Below, piece by piece: positions 11,129 to 24,170 of a DNA stretch of 64,000 nt; positions within the stretch are counted from its first letter, which is position 1, and each line of letters begins with the position of its first letter. The position numbers and the translations under genes are program-made. The notes beneath the pieces were generated by a model. The model was not told the DNA's origin. It saw only the letters and a list, made by a program, of their open reading frames with translations, and did not search any database. The stretch comes from Eledone cirrhosa. Its lineage: Eukaryota. The DNA lies in the NCBI GenBank assembly GCA_964016885.1, contig OZ024754.1, positions 23,684,001 to 23,748,000 on the forward strand, read 5' to 3'.

Positions 11129-12891
11129 AATTCCATATATGGTCAAAGTGATTGTCAAAAATCAGTAGTAATTCTGTGGTTGCAAATTAGTAGGGGAGAT
11201 GGTGGCTAAACCTGCCAGTAGGAGAAAGAGGGGAGGGGGTGGAGTAGACCCAATCAAGCGTTGGTAGTGCCAGCTACAGCTGGGCATGAGGTCAAAGAAG
11301 ATACAGGGGAGGGGGAGGGGGAGGAAGTCGGAACGGTAGGTAGAACAATGGGGGGTAGAAATATATAGGAAAGAAAAAATACTGAGAGTGAAGAAAAGCA
11401 AATAAGTGTAAAGAAAAAAGTAAAGTAAATTAAATTCTACGACCTAGGTCTCTAGCTATTGTTAGGCTAGAATAAATAAATAAATAAAGAAAGAAAGAAG
11501 TAAAGAAAGAAATAAAGAAATAACGAAATAAGTAAAAGAACTAGGTGGGACGGAATAGGCAAGGACCCTTTTAAGAGGTATAAGTACGTAAATGATACGG
11601 TGACGGGTCAACAAAAGGGGCCAAAATACTAAAGAGACTACCACGAAATAAGCAATAAAGGTTTCCATCCCGGGCACAATGCCAGCAACCACCCAGTGCA
11701 GCAAAGTGAACTTGTACGAGATAATAATTCTGAGTCCCGAGAAAAATATATACTAATGCTAACTCTAAAAGATCTAAAACAAGCTACATGAAAGTTCGTA
11801 CGAAGTAAGGGTAGAATACGGAAAAATAAATTCAGAATCCACCCCGCCCAAAAGAAAAGCGAAGAAAGAAATACTGAAACGAAAAAATAAGGCATAAGTG
11901 CCACTAAGAAATATAGAGGGCACAGAGAATAGTGGGAGCGGTCGGAAAAAGGGGACAAGTATCCGGGGTCTAAACCAACTGCTATAAAGGGCGGAGAACT
12001 GGATATTTCAAAAAACGTTGCAACCGGAGGAAGACAGGAAGACGATACTTTGGTTCGTGGAAACGTTCGCTGGCTAAGAACGGGAAAAAACGAATATAAT
12101 ACGTCATTAATGTGAAAAACAATTACGCGCAAAGACAGAACCACGTTTATGGTATAAAAGAGGTCGTAGACTAATGTTCTCTTAGGTGGTGCATAGAGAC
12201 GTTCTCTGGCAATGAACGAACAAAAAACGAAGATAATACGTCATATGTGGAGCGTGGAGAACAATAGCACGCAAAGACAAAACCACGTAAATGGTATAGC
12301 AGAAGTCGTAGACTAAATTCTAACTAGGAAACCGAATGAATCTCCGCTACGGAGTTAAGAACAAAGTAAATAAATACAATACAGAAGTAATAGAAATAAA
12401 TAAATACATACACGCAAACAAAAACGTACATAAACAAGCATACGCAAAAACTTACCATGGGTAAACAAAACCGCGCACATATAAATATGTGTGTGTGTGT
12501 AAGCGTGTATACAAATAAATAAATAATTATATAAACGTATATAAATAAATAAATACGTATATAACAAGCGCACACACATACCTACATGTAAATACACGAA
12601 TGTTCGGAGACGTAAGTCAACCAAAACATGAAGTACACATATACACACGCCCTACATACGTACGAACCTGCATACTCACACAGACGCAAAACTCCCGTAT
12701 ACACATAGCCGAACCATATGTACCAGAATATATAAAAAAATTATACGCCATAACAATCAAATATACGTACGAGAAGGTACCTTCACAAAACATACGGATA
12801 ATATATACTTACCTATGCAAATAAGTAAAGGTATAAACAAAACATATACTTAGCTCCCACATCGAGATAAAATATCCACGTATAGATCGTA

Positions 12892-13370
12892 CTATCCGTT
12901 AGGGTATAACGTGGGGCTGTAATACAGGAAAGTTTTGTGCAATTTATGTTTACAAACCGAAATTGCCTCAGATTTTTTGTTTAAGATGTGGTCTGTGGCG
13001 TAGAGTATTTCCAGGGCCTCAGCGGCGCAGAGGTCACATGGTCTTTTATTTCCATTATACGATCTAGCCCTAACTAGGCTCTCCCAGTGTAACTTATATT
13101 GGGTGTGGTTGTCTTTTAGACTCCAGATATAAGCTGAAAGTGACGTCATATTCCTTCTTAGAGGGTAACGAAAAGAATGGGTATGCATGTAAAGACGCTG
13201 CTTGAATCTATTGGCGGTTAACCCTATGTAGGCCCTACGGGACGTGGGTGTTACAACCTTACATTTGTAGACAATGTTACTAGAGAGGCATTTCCCGGAT
13301 AGGGGGCGATCAACCCGATTCCTACAATTACAGTTAGTACTAACTACAGGGTTGCACGTGTTCCTACGGT
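12892..13370 (-). pseudogene. PLE GIY-YIG endonuclease C-terminal fragment
   Basis: CNCRNRVDRPLSGKCL..NIVYKCKV..AYIGLT..FKQR..H..SFR..CDLC..E..CKH. Confidence 0.85.
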
Positions 13371-13636
13371 TAGGATAAACGCAGTGCTTTCTAACATTAA
13401 GGGAGAATATTGCATAAAGGATTAACCAATTGTGAATGAACGCATACCCGAGAACGCCTAATTCGTCGCCTCAAAGCAGTAGCTGTATCTTTTTTGGAGG
13501 TAAGTCTTGAACATTTCAGTGTGGGCATAACGACGTGTAACGAAGCTGTTAGGTTAGAGAGGGGTGATTAAGTACAGAGAGAGGTGACACCAGATTCGCT
13601 AGCATGGTTACTGGTGAATGGGAAGGTTTGAAAATA

Positions 13637-13892
13637 CGAATTTTCCGGCCTATAAAGTGCACTTAAAATACCTAAATTTCATAAAAAAAACAGCTCTGCG
13701 CTTTATACTCCGGTGAGCCTTATGTATAAATAATACAATGGTAATCAATCACGGCTCTAACAGAAGTAATAGATCTAGACTAAAAGTAAAGAAGATAGTT
13801 TTTTCCTGGTTGGCCATACACGCCATTGCGCGGACCTGATTTTAAATGATACGCCTTATATCCCGGTGAGCCTTATAGAGCGGAAAATACGG
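13637..13892. mobile_element. Tc1/mariner (pogo/Tc2-like) MITE
   Basis: Imperfect TIRs CGAATTTTCCGGCCTATAA / TTATAGAGCGGAAAATACGG, flanked by TA. Confidence 0.6.
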
Positions 13893-15339
13893 TATCTATT
13901 GGAAAAGAATACGAATTCATGACCAAGGTGTGACAAAATTGGCGTCTATACAGTGCCTGAAACAAACTTGTCCAAAACCCTGGGATCTTTCTCCTTAAGC
14001 TATATTTCTGACATATCATGCCAAAAAGAACAATATATTCAAAAAATGTTCTAAAGTACATTCAATCTCTCTTTTTGACCGAAGTCTTAAGCAAATTATC
14101 GATTTTTTATTAGCTGTCAGTGTTTATCTGCATGCAGGTGTGTACGTGTGCGCAATCAATTGCACTGCATGCAGATGGTCTATGACAACTAATTAAAAAA
14201 TTAAAGAACAATAGCAATTTGCAAATACGCTCATAACATTTAGTCGTAAACAGAACAAAAAATGCCATTAGAGGTGGGCTAATAATGGAACAGACACAAA
14301 CCCTGGTGAACTTACGTTTAAAAACCCGAAAACTTACTCACTTCCTGTGCAAAAGGCTGTGACAGTAGTGTTATGAATTAAGTAATTTTTTAGAACCTTT
14401 TGTTTAAAAAAGGAAATAGTTGGTACGGACGTAACATTTTTTACAACTTTGTATGTGTCTAATACAACTTGGTCAAAGTATTATTTAGTAAATTTTTTTC
14501 AAAAAGCATGATTATTTAAGAGTGTTTGAAAATTTACTCACCGCTTTTAGCTTTTGGCATCACAAAAGGCACCATTAAATTTGGTTTTCTTTCAGATAGG
14601 GATAATACTGTATTTTCACTTGCATAAGGGGGAATATGAAAAGTTTAACGCTAAGATGTCGACAATCCCCTAGTCCCAATGTGGATTTTTAAATTTAAGG
14701 AAGGCGAAAAATGAATTAAATTTAACTGAAATGGCATGCAAGTAGTCTAAATAAATAAGCACTAACTCACTGATAAGTAAGTGGGCAAATTCTGTAAAGG
14801 TCCGTTTAGTGAGACGGCCGGATTTATTGTTGTTCACAAAAAGCGGATACACACAAAGAGAAAAAGGCGGTTCACACGTGCGTGCATACCTGTTTGTGTA
14901 TCTATCGTTGAGAAAACATACTGCACGCGGTATAGACAGGACGTCCAATCAATAACGCGTGTGATTCACAGTGTGTGCGTGCTTATATGGACATATGAAA
15001 TTGATTTTGATTGCGCCAGGTTTAAACTAAAAGTGCTTGTGTTCGAAAACATACACATTAAATTTCATTGAAATCGAAATATTTTTGAAAAAAATATGAA
15101 AAACATTGTCATATATTTTTGTTGACTGTACAATTATTTAGGAATTAAGAATTCTACTCAAAGAATATCTGTTTGTAAAGCCTTCCATTTTCCCATAAAG
15201 AAAGGCGTAGATTTGCATATTTCCACAATATTGTGCCATTGATAATTAAACTATGAATAATTATCTGCCCTAACTCTTAAAGGTCTGATTTATGAGTTTA
15301 AAAAGACTTTCTGAATTTCCTAATGGATCTATTATTGTG

Positions 15340-15552
15340 GTAATATCAAATTTCATCGAAATCAGACGATTTTTGGCTTCTGGGGGCCGATTATCGATTT
15401 TTCGAAAATTTTAAGTAGCCTATTCAAATCTACGGGTCGAGTTTTATATATGTGTCAAGTTTTATGAAAATCGGATGAGCGGTGTAGCCTGCAAGTTCGG
15501 GATACCAAACAAACAAACAAAAAATGGACAACTTCACCATATATATATAGAT
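15340..15552 (-). mobile_element. Possible non-autonomous Helitron-like 5' end
   Basis: Minus strand begins A|TCTATATATAT...(TTTG)n and has CCGATTTTCATAAAACTT-type motifs. No CTAG 3' end was found. Confidence 0.35.
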
Positions 15553-16066
15553 TGTCTATAAATGACTGATAGCAGATGTTCTGGTGAAATAGTAGTACAG
15601 ATTGTAATGGAACTCTTAGTAGACACAATTGTAAAGTAAGAATAGATATGACAGTGTAAGACTGATGTCGGGGAAAGAAAATTGTGTGTGTATATATATA
15701 ATTATTACACAAGATATAATTAGATTAATTAAAGTTATAATGAAGACAGCAGGTACTCGGTTTCGTTGACAATGTTTCACCTCTCTTACCGGTGTCATAC
15801 GTTAGTAGTCCCTGATATAATTTAATACATTCAGACACAGTTCCAATTGTATCGAATTGATGGTAAATCAAAATGTATCACTCAGTAAAATATCAATTAC
15901 ATATCTACGTAGTCTCTCACCCTGCTAGAAATAGCAGTGAAATTATCCATTACAGATTTATTTTTCCTTTAAACTCTTACGTTTAGTTAAACAATCAACA
16001 ACAGCAAGTCTTTTGTACAGACTTCAGAATAAGCTCGAAAACGCCAGAATATCATTTTCCTTCTTG

Positions 16067-16118
<52 letters not shown>

Positions 16119-16140
16119 GCACACACACATAATATATATA

Positions 16141-16215
16141 CAGTGAAATTCTGTTATAACGAAATGCACGCGGTATAAAATTAATTCGTTGTAACGAAAA
16201 ATTCTTTATAACCGA
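16141..16215 (+). mobile_element. Tigger/pogo-like transposon end
   Basis: TA|CAGTGAAATTCTGTTATAACGAA with subterminal TTCGTTGTAACGAA repeats. Confidence 0.5.
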
Positions 16216-17608
16216 AACAAATCGTTTGTTTGTTGTTCAATTGTATTCTAGTTATGGTGTTTCACATGGAACCTTATAGATATAACACAGAGACGTATAG
16301 AGTCCAAGTGAAAATATAAGACAACATATAATCTAATAAGAAGGTTAAAGAAAAGAAGGAAAAACAAGTGAAATGAAAGAGAAAGTTGAAAGGAAAAGGT
16401 TGAAAAGAATCATTGAAATAATTATTCTACAAAGTGTTCTGTCTCATTTAGAAAGTGTTTTCTATGTTGACCAGCTAAAATCTTCCCTCGCCCAATTGTA
16501 TCAAGTTCATTAGTTAATCCCAACTTTCCTGTAAAAAGTTATTGATTTCAACAATAACTTTTTGGCCACTAACAATGACAAATATGTTTGTTTCGAGAGA
16601 AGGAGTGAAAACATCTATGTGGTTACTTGACCTGTTGGAAATAGCAGCCAAATTTCTTTCAGGTCACATACCTTCTTGAATTAGGAAAGGACTATTTGGT
16701 CACGTGTTTCGTGAATGTATTATATTTATTTCTCCTCCACTATTTTTGATACATCTCAAAATTCTGTCTAGGCAGCCCTCCCTGCCGGACGGGGTTTTTT
16801 AGGGCTCCGCTTAAGTCAACATAAGCAACACACACAACCACGTGCGACTACCCACCAAAGACAACAAATCAATCACTGAAATAGTCACTTAAATATTCAC
16901 CTTACAAACCTAAGGTAACACAGCAAAAAGCCTACTTAGCCTTACCTGGACGAAAGCTAGGAAATTCCACAATTCATTATTCATCTGAGCATTATCTCCA
17001 TAATTATGTGGTTGGTACCAGTACATCTCTCAACAAGATTTCTGCTCTGTTAATCTGGCTTTCACACACTGAAGCATTAACACTGCAGTAACTCAACCAC
17101 TCTTAAAACACGTGGGTTGTATTTACAAGCAAAAGAAAAGAAAACACGGAAAAATTAATTCAAATACAAACAAAAAGAAAGATCTATCGCCTTGCCTCTC
17201 CACATTTTTATTGGTGAAGATTCTCATCCAACATCTGCTAACACAATAAGTTAGTTTCAGAAGCCCCAAGTTCGAGCAGGGATTCGGTAATCTTGGTAAA
17301 GTTAAACCTACATAAGTGGATATAATTCAGACTAAGGGTCAGACCTGCTTCTATGAGGAGTAGTAAGAGACAATAATATATGGAAGGAGTGAGAGAGATA
17401 GAAAGACAAAACTGTGTTAATTCTCTCTTCCCTCTCTTCTTTTACTCTATCTACCTCTTATGTCTTCATTTCATTGTTTTATTGTCTTATTTCCTAATTC
17501 CACTTAATTCCATAAAATATTCAATCTTGGTGGAAATAAATATTTTCATCTGTGACGATCTGTACAACCAATAATAGTAGGAGTCACGTTAAATGATATG
17601 TCTATATA

Positions 17609-17687
17609 CAGGGTGTCCCTAAAATATGAATACACATTTACATAGACTGTAGTTGAAGTGTGTATATATATTTTTGGAGAGACCCTG
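17609..17687. mobile_element. 79-bp Tc1/mariner MITE
   Basis: TA|CAGGGTGTCCCTAAAA ... TTTTGGAGAGACCCTG|TA. Confidence 0.7.
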
Positions 17688-18496
17688 TATATATTTTATA
17701 TATATACATATATATACTCAAAGATGATTGATATATAAATATAAACATGAAAATGTATATATGCATGTAAAGAGATACTTAAACATACATGTATACATAT
17801 AGATATACATATACAATAACTTATTTCTATACATACATATACCACAAGTAAGGCATGGTGCTGTCAACTAACCAGACCTCCCTCATAATGGACCAGCTAG
17901 ATCCCAAAATACAGGCCTGCTGGCCAACACACAGTCCCAATAAGTGTAAGTTACAGCGCAGCTATCTGGACAGACCTGTCTTAAGACTACTCATTATCCC
18001 ACTACATCTTTTGAATACTATATGTATACTGTATATATACTGTTTATATATATATATATACACACATATAATTGTGTATTCACACATTATCTTAGTAATG
18101 AAATAATTAATAATTTTAGTAAATTGTTCAAAATTCTTCATTAACCCTTTTGGTAGAAACCCAGCCAAACTTGGTTCTCGTTCTATGGAAATGGTCCCTA
18201 TCTAAATTAAAGTCTTCCAACGAAATTCTATATAACAACCATATGTTAAGTTACTATGTTAGTAATTAACTAACAATTGTGATAAATAGCTCAAAATTAT
18301 TCATAATTAATTGAAATACGAGGTTCATAATTATAATAAAATCTTCGAAAAGGCTACGAAGCAGGTAAACTTTAAAGGTACGCAACACACACATCGCTAT
18401 AGCGTTTCACCAGCCCCTTCCTTCCTCAATCATTACATAGATGTGGGTGTATGTAATAATTATTTTGTATTGTGTATCTATTTATGAATATGTATG

Positions 18497-18853
18497 AGTA
18501 GATGTGTGTGTGTGTGTAACCCAGTAGATGCGTGTGTATGTAACTCAGTAGATGTGTGTGTATGTAACACAGTAGATGTGTGTGTATGTAACTCAGTAGA
18601 TGTGTGTGTATGTAACACAGTAGATGTGTGTGTATGTAACTCAGTAGATGTGTGTGTGTATGTAACTCAGTAGATGTGTGTATATGTAACACAGTAGATG
18701 TGTGTGCATGTGTAACTCAGTAGATGTGTCTCTATGTAACTCAGTAGATGTGTGTGTATGTAACACAGTAGATGTGTATGTATATAACACAGTAGATTGT
18801 GTGTATGCAACACAGTAGATGTGTGTATATATAACACAGTAGATGTGTATGTA
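18497..18853. repeat. ~24-bp minisatellite
   Basis: Unit AGTAGATGTGTGTGTATGTAAC(A/T)C, about 15 copies. Confidence 0.9.
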
Positions 18854-19369
18854 ACGTACATTACGAATGGACGACTAAATGATTTTAACTTGTTTTTTAA
18901 CATTGATGGTGGAAAGGATTTTAAATTGTCTCAACTCAGACCATAAAGGGCCGCAACACATGGAGTCTGACACTCTTACCGCCTACATAGCCTCGGAGTC
19001 TATTTTACCGGGACCGGTTACATAGCTTCTTCCTAAAATCTTCCAACATAATTTTATACAAGAACCACATGTTAAGCTACTAATAAAATAATTAATAATT
19101 AAAAACTTTAGTAAATCCTGTAAATGATATCTCAGTAATGGAATAATTAATAATTGTTATACATGCCTCAAAATTCCTCATTAATTAAACCCAAGAAAGG
19201 TAAAAATTCCAGAGTCTTTCAGTCGGACATGAAACAAATTAATTTCTAATGGAAGAAAAGATTTTAAAGTCAGCCAAGGGAGATCACTCTCAGCGACTTA
19301 TTGTAAAACTTGTTCGTGAATTAATCCGGATTAAATTATTCTGGTGTATTATGTGTGGAGGAAACCGGG

Positions 19370-19700
19370 TTTACGCGGTGATAGCGCGTAATTCACGAAC
19401 GTATGGTTCGTGAGTTCGAATCCCAGACCGGCTGGTCTGTACGTTGGGGCCTTAAACAAGACACTTTATTTCTCATTGTTTTATTTCACCCAACTGGCAA
19501 AAATAATAAGTTGTACCAGTAATTATATGGGAAACGTTGTCACATAGAATTGTCACACTGAATCTCCCTAAGAACAATGTCAACCGTACACGTGTCAGTG
19601 AAATACCCAGACACATTATAATATAAGATGGATTCTATATGTATTTAAAAAGGAGGCCATGTCACACATTTTGTCTCGCTGAATCTCCCTGAGAACTACG
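19370..19700 (+). mobile_element. Degenerate tRNA-derived SINE
   Basis: B-box GAGTTCGAATCCC followed by the CCTTAAACAAGACACTTTATTTC body also seen at ~56610. Confidence 0.55.
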
Positions 19701-19708
19701 TATATACG

Positions 19709-20550
19709 AGTGACTATCAGACATAGTGTATCTAGGACTACATTATGTAATGTACAGTATAGTAGTTAGTATTAGTGGCTATCAGACATAGTGTATCTAG
19801 GACTACATTATCTAATGTACAGTACAGTAGTTAGTATTAGTAACTATCAGACATTGTGTATCTAGGACTACATTATCTAATGTACAGTATAGTAGTTAGC
19901 ATTAGTGACTATCAGATATAGTGTATCTAGAACTACATTATATAATTGTTTCTATTTTAGGCACAAGGCCAGCAATTACCCAGTGCATTACTGGTACTTT
20001 ATTTTATCGACCCCGTAAGGATGAAAGGCAAAGTCAACCTCGGCGGGATTTGAACTCATTATATAATGTACAGTAGTTAGTATTAGTGGCTATCACACAT
20101 AGTATATCTAGGACTACATTACCTAATGTACAGTACAGTATTTAGTATTAGTGGCTATCAGACATAGTGTATCTAGGACTACATTATGTAATGTACAGTA
20201 TTTAGTATTAGTGGCTATCAGACATTGTGTATCTAGGACTACATTATGTAATGTACAGTATTTAGTATTAGTGGCTATCAAACATAGTGTATCTAGGACT
20301 ACATTATGTAATGTACAATATAGTAGTTAGTATTAGTAACTACCAGACATAGTGTATTTAGGACTACAGTATCTAATCTACAGTATAGTAGTTAGTGGCT
20401 ATCAGAGATAGTGTATCTAAGACTACATTACCTAATGTGCAGTATAGTATTAGTGGCTATCTGACATAGTATATCTAGGACTACATTATGTAATGTACAG
20501 TAGTTAGTATTAGTGGCTATCAGACATAGTATATCTAAGACTACATTATC
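19709..20550. repeat. ~60-65-bp tandem repeat with a SINE fragment inserted at ~19946-20057
   Basis: Unit GTGGCTATCAGACATAGTGTATCTAGGACTACATTATGTAATGTACAGTA(TAGTA)GTTAGTATTA. The insert is flanked by duplicated CATTATATAAT. Confidence 0.9.
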
Positions 20551-20552
20551 TG

Positions 20553-21918
20553 AACGGCGCATAGCAACTAAGCCTGACAGTAAGGTGTTCTGGAAATATG
20601 TACACTCAAAGCAGAGGCCTCACCCTCCAGTTGGTCCTCTTCGCAATCTCCACACAGATTACTGACGACCCCAAGGAACGAGCAGAACTAATTTCTGAAT
20701 GCTATGCAGGAATTTTCACTGTTGAAGACGAAAATGTACCATCTCCACCAACTCTGACATCTGATTCTATTACAACTATGGAATTTACACATGCAATGCT
20801 GCGATGTCACCTTAAGAATAGAAGCAACCATGCCTATTCTGGTCTTGAATGTGTTACGTACCTGCTTCTCAAACGTGGTGGGTACATCCTTCTGCACCAA
20901 CTATCACTCTTCTTTCAATTCTGTCTGAACAACTATGCTACTCCAGAACAGTGGAAAACTGCCAGTGTCATTCCTCTGTTCAAAAAGGGTGACTGCACAT
21001 CACCTGTCAAATATCGTCCAGTCAGTCTTACTAGCTGCATTGCCAAACTGATGGAATCCTGTGTCAGAGAAACACTTTCGAACTTCTGGAACTCTCAGTC
21101 TTATCCGGCCCTCGCAATTTGGATTTATCGCTAACTCCAGCTGCTGTGATCAACTTATCGAGTTTCTTGAAGATATCACCCCGATCAGTGATGGCGGCTC
21201 GTGGGTGGATGTTGTTTACCTTGACTTTGTTAAAGCTTTCAATTCTGTGCCACACAAAAGACTTATGGTAAAACTCTCTGCAATGGGTGTGAAGGATGAT
21301 CTTTTTAACTGGTTGATGTACTTCTTTCTCCGTCGAAGAGAGGTAGTCACGGTTCTAGAACAGCATTCCTCACCGTATGAGATGTCATCTGGTATACCAC
21401 AGGGATCTGTTCTTGGCCGCCTTTTGTTTGTTGCATATGTTAATGATGCCACAGTACTGAAATATGCAGATGACATCAAGCTGTACCTTGAGATAACAAG
21501 GACAGATCCTGAACACAATAGATATTTCCTGCAATCGGACCTGGACACAATGCAACAATGGATCACGGACTAGAAACTGTTCAGAGACGTGCAACGAAGC
21601 GAATACCCTCCATCAGGAATCTACCGTACACTGAACACCTTGCTTCCCTGGGCATGGATACATTGAAGCTCCAACGTCTGGCAACTGACTTGGTAAACAC
21701 CCACAAGATTATTAACCATCTTGCCAACAACAAGCCTCAGCACCTTTTTGATTTCCATATGTCTAACACAAAGTCAGAAAATAGCACAGCTCTCATGTCT
21801 TTCGGAAACATTTTTTCACGCATTTTCCTGACATTTGAACATTATTCTCTGTGCTAATCATGCACCTTTGATGAGTTGTAGTGCACTGAGCACTGTAAAC
21901 AATAATTTCATTATTATT
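20553..21918 (+). mobile_element. CR1-clade LINE RT fragment, frameshifted
   Basis: WKTASVIPLFKKG, YRPVSLTS, QFGF, DVVYLDFVKAFNSVPH, GIPQGSVLG and KYADDIKLY. (ATT)n tail. Confidence 0.85.
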
Positions 21919-22775
21919 CTATATATAGTGTATATAATAGTTGTAATGTCACTGCTCCCAATCTATATCAGCCTTTCCCTTGGACAACATGATATATAGT
22001 CTATATATATTGGACAATATTACGGGGTCGATAAAATAAAGTACCAGTAATGAACTGGGTAATTGCTGGCCTTGTGCCTAAAGTAGAAACAAATATTATA
22101 TATAGTGTATATGTGGTGTATATAGTAGTTGTGACAATATTTTATACACATATGTACACACACACTGACAAACATGTATATACATATAGAAGGGTCGGGT
22201 GAGAAGTTCATAGACTGACCAAGTTACTCTCATGGAATATGACAATGTATACACACAAAATATGTTTATATATATATATACAAACATATATATATTATAG
22301 TGAAGTGATACAGCATATCGTAATATCATGTTTTCAATTCTCAGTCAGAGAGGTACTTGTTGTCCTTAAGCAATACACATCATTCCACATGTCTCTAATA
22401 TCCACAGCTGAAAAAGACAAGTAGCAGAATTAGTTGGAGGTTTAGCATGGGTTGGATCATTCCCTGCTTCCAACCTTTTCACTTCGGCCTCAAACCCAGG
22501 CTTCCCTACCTGCAATAGAGAGAAGAGGAAGATAGTTAAATACCGGGGCCTGACTAACCATTGTAATCCCCAAATACACCCTGTAGAAAGTCCCATGAGA
22601 TGGGGTGGATGTTGCAGTGGGTGTCTCTGGCTATTCTCTGTGGTAACACATTTGCCGTTTTGTCTGTAGCGTGGGCTGAATCACAGCCCAGACTGCAATA
22701 TAGTGCCTGTCTCTCTCCCTCTCACCCATTATTTTCGTTGCTAGATACGTTTTCGTTTTTCTTGTTTACAATTCT

Positions 22776-22957
22776 ATGGATTGGCAGTATCAGTAGAGGG
22801 TCGTACGCCATGCTTTGAAGCAAAGACTTACGACCCTTTATGGTCTGAGTTCAAATCCCGCCGAGGTTAACTTTGCCATTCATCCTTACAGGGTTGATAA
22901 AAGCAGTAATACACTGGGATAATTGCTGGCCTTGTGCCAAACGTAGAAACAACTATT
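22776..22957 (+). mobile_element. tRNA-derived SINE (family with TTCATCCTTACGGGGTCGATAAAA...GGCCTTGTGCC body)
   Basis: A-box-like TGGCAGTATCAGT and B-box GAGTTCAAATCC. Same family at 25596, 44724, 50226(-), 22021 and 24566. Confidence 0.7.
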
Positions 22958-23263
22958 TTCGTTGCTTGATTCGTTTTCGTTTTTCTTCTTTACATTTCCA
23001 TTTCTTAAATATTTTTTTACTTTTAAAAATGTGTTTTGTTTTAATATGAACAGTCATGCAAAATTCATAATGTTATTTATACAAATCTGAATAAATTACT
23101 AGCATGTTGATTAAACGTGTGAATTAACATAATGGAATTTATTCTAATTCTCCCTTGATAGGGGTTTTTAAACTTGAAAATATTTGGAATTATTTAATTT
23201 GCTAAGGTAAAGATTCTAATTTTGTAGTGCTTTGTACGGTTTTCAAAATTATTTAAATTTGTG

Positions 23264-23370
<107 letters not shown>

Positions 23371-23394
23371 TTGTGTTTCATATATATATATAAA

Positions 23395-23680
23395 CTCAGA
23401 GCTGTATGGGAGCCTCCCAAAAGTCAGCTCAAAAGTGACACAGAGGAGACTGAGGTTAGCTGGACATGCTCACCGACATCCAGAGTTGACATTGCACTCA
23501 GTGCTCCTGTGGGAGCCTCTACATGGACACACTGGAAGAGGAAGACCAAAGTTAACGTATGTTGATGCCCTAAGGACAGACATTGGTCTGTTGGAGACGC
23601 AGGACATGGCATCGATAATGAGGGACAGAGACCACTGGAGAGAACTCGTCCATGGATCTCGGGAATTTTACCCGCCCTAG
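23395..23680 (+). mobile_element. RTE-like LINE extreme 3' fragment within (TA)n
   Basis: RRLRLAGHAHRH..LLWEP..GRGRPKLTYVD..MRDRDHWR, then an A-rich tail. Confidence 0.75.
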
Positions 23681-23710
23681 AAAAAAGAATATATATATAT
23701 ATATATATAT

Positions 23711-23873
23711 AGAAAAAAAGATAAATCGAAAATGCAACTGGAGTCTTATTTAAAAAAAATATATATATATTTATTTGGTTCCTTTACCGGTTTCGCAGTT
23801 CTTCTGCTTTTAAAAAGTCGAGTTGAGATGGAGTTGAGACTCCAGTTGCATTTTCGATTTCATCTTTTTTTCT
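23711..23873. repeat. Short inverted repeat enclosing a decayed minimal hammerhead (23782-23817, minus)
   Basis: Arms AGAAAAAAAGATAAATCGAAAATGCAACTGGAGTCT and its complement. Inside: CTT-TTTAAAA-GCAG aagaa CTGC-GAA-ACCGGT-A^AAG. Confidence 0.55.
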
Positions 23874-23932
23874 TTATACTTTCACTCGTGTAGGACACCT
23901 CGGTGATTTTTCATTTTGTAAAAAAACCTCAC

Positions 23933-23986
<54 letters not shown>

Positions 23987-24072
23987 GTAGGTCCCGGGTT
24001 GAGTCGGGGATAACCACAGTAAGTAAGGTACTCAATACATGGCAGAGTAAATTTTTTTTATTTTATAGAAGG

Positions 24073-24123
24073 AGCTTCTACAGGACTAGTACTGTTTCAT
24101 TCAGATGAAATCTTCAGGAAGCT
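24073..24123 (-). ncRNA. Type I hammerhead ribozyme (family C), left arm of a perfect palindrome
   Basis: Reverse complement of 24120-24170. Confidence 0.8.
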
Positions 24124-24170
24124 TCCTGAAGATTTCATCTGAATGAAACAGTACTAGTCCTGTAGAAGCT
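24120..24170 (+). ncRNA. Type I hammerhead ribozyme (family C)
   Basis: AGCTTC-CTGAAGA-tTTC atct GAAt-GAA-ACAG tactagtc CTGT-A^GAAGCT. Cleavage after 24164. Confidence 0.8.

Larger units (their letters stand above)
11022..13372 (-). mobile_element. 5'-truncated Penelope-like element (family A, Naiad-like): GIY-YIG end, ~1.9 kb 3' region and terminal hammerhead
   Basis: GIY-YIG remnant near-identical to 38990-39470. 3' region shared with 26888-27863 and 37735-38390. Ends in (TA)n. Confidence 0.9.

Noticed and set aside
13919-15280. Possible DNA-transposon remnant
   Set aside because: No TIR pair, TSD or recognisable ORF could be established.
16765-17332. Possible solo LTR (TGT...CCTACA)
   Set aside because: The termini are weak, with no TSD and no second copy in the window.
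18497-20550. Regular repeats resembling CRISPR arrays
   Set aside because: There are no unique spacers and no cas genes. These are eukaryotic minisatellites.
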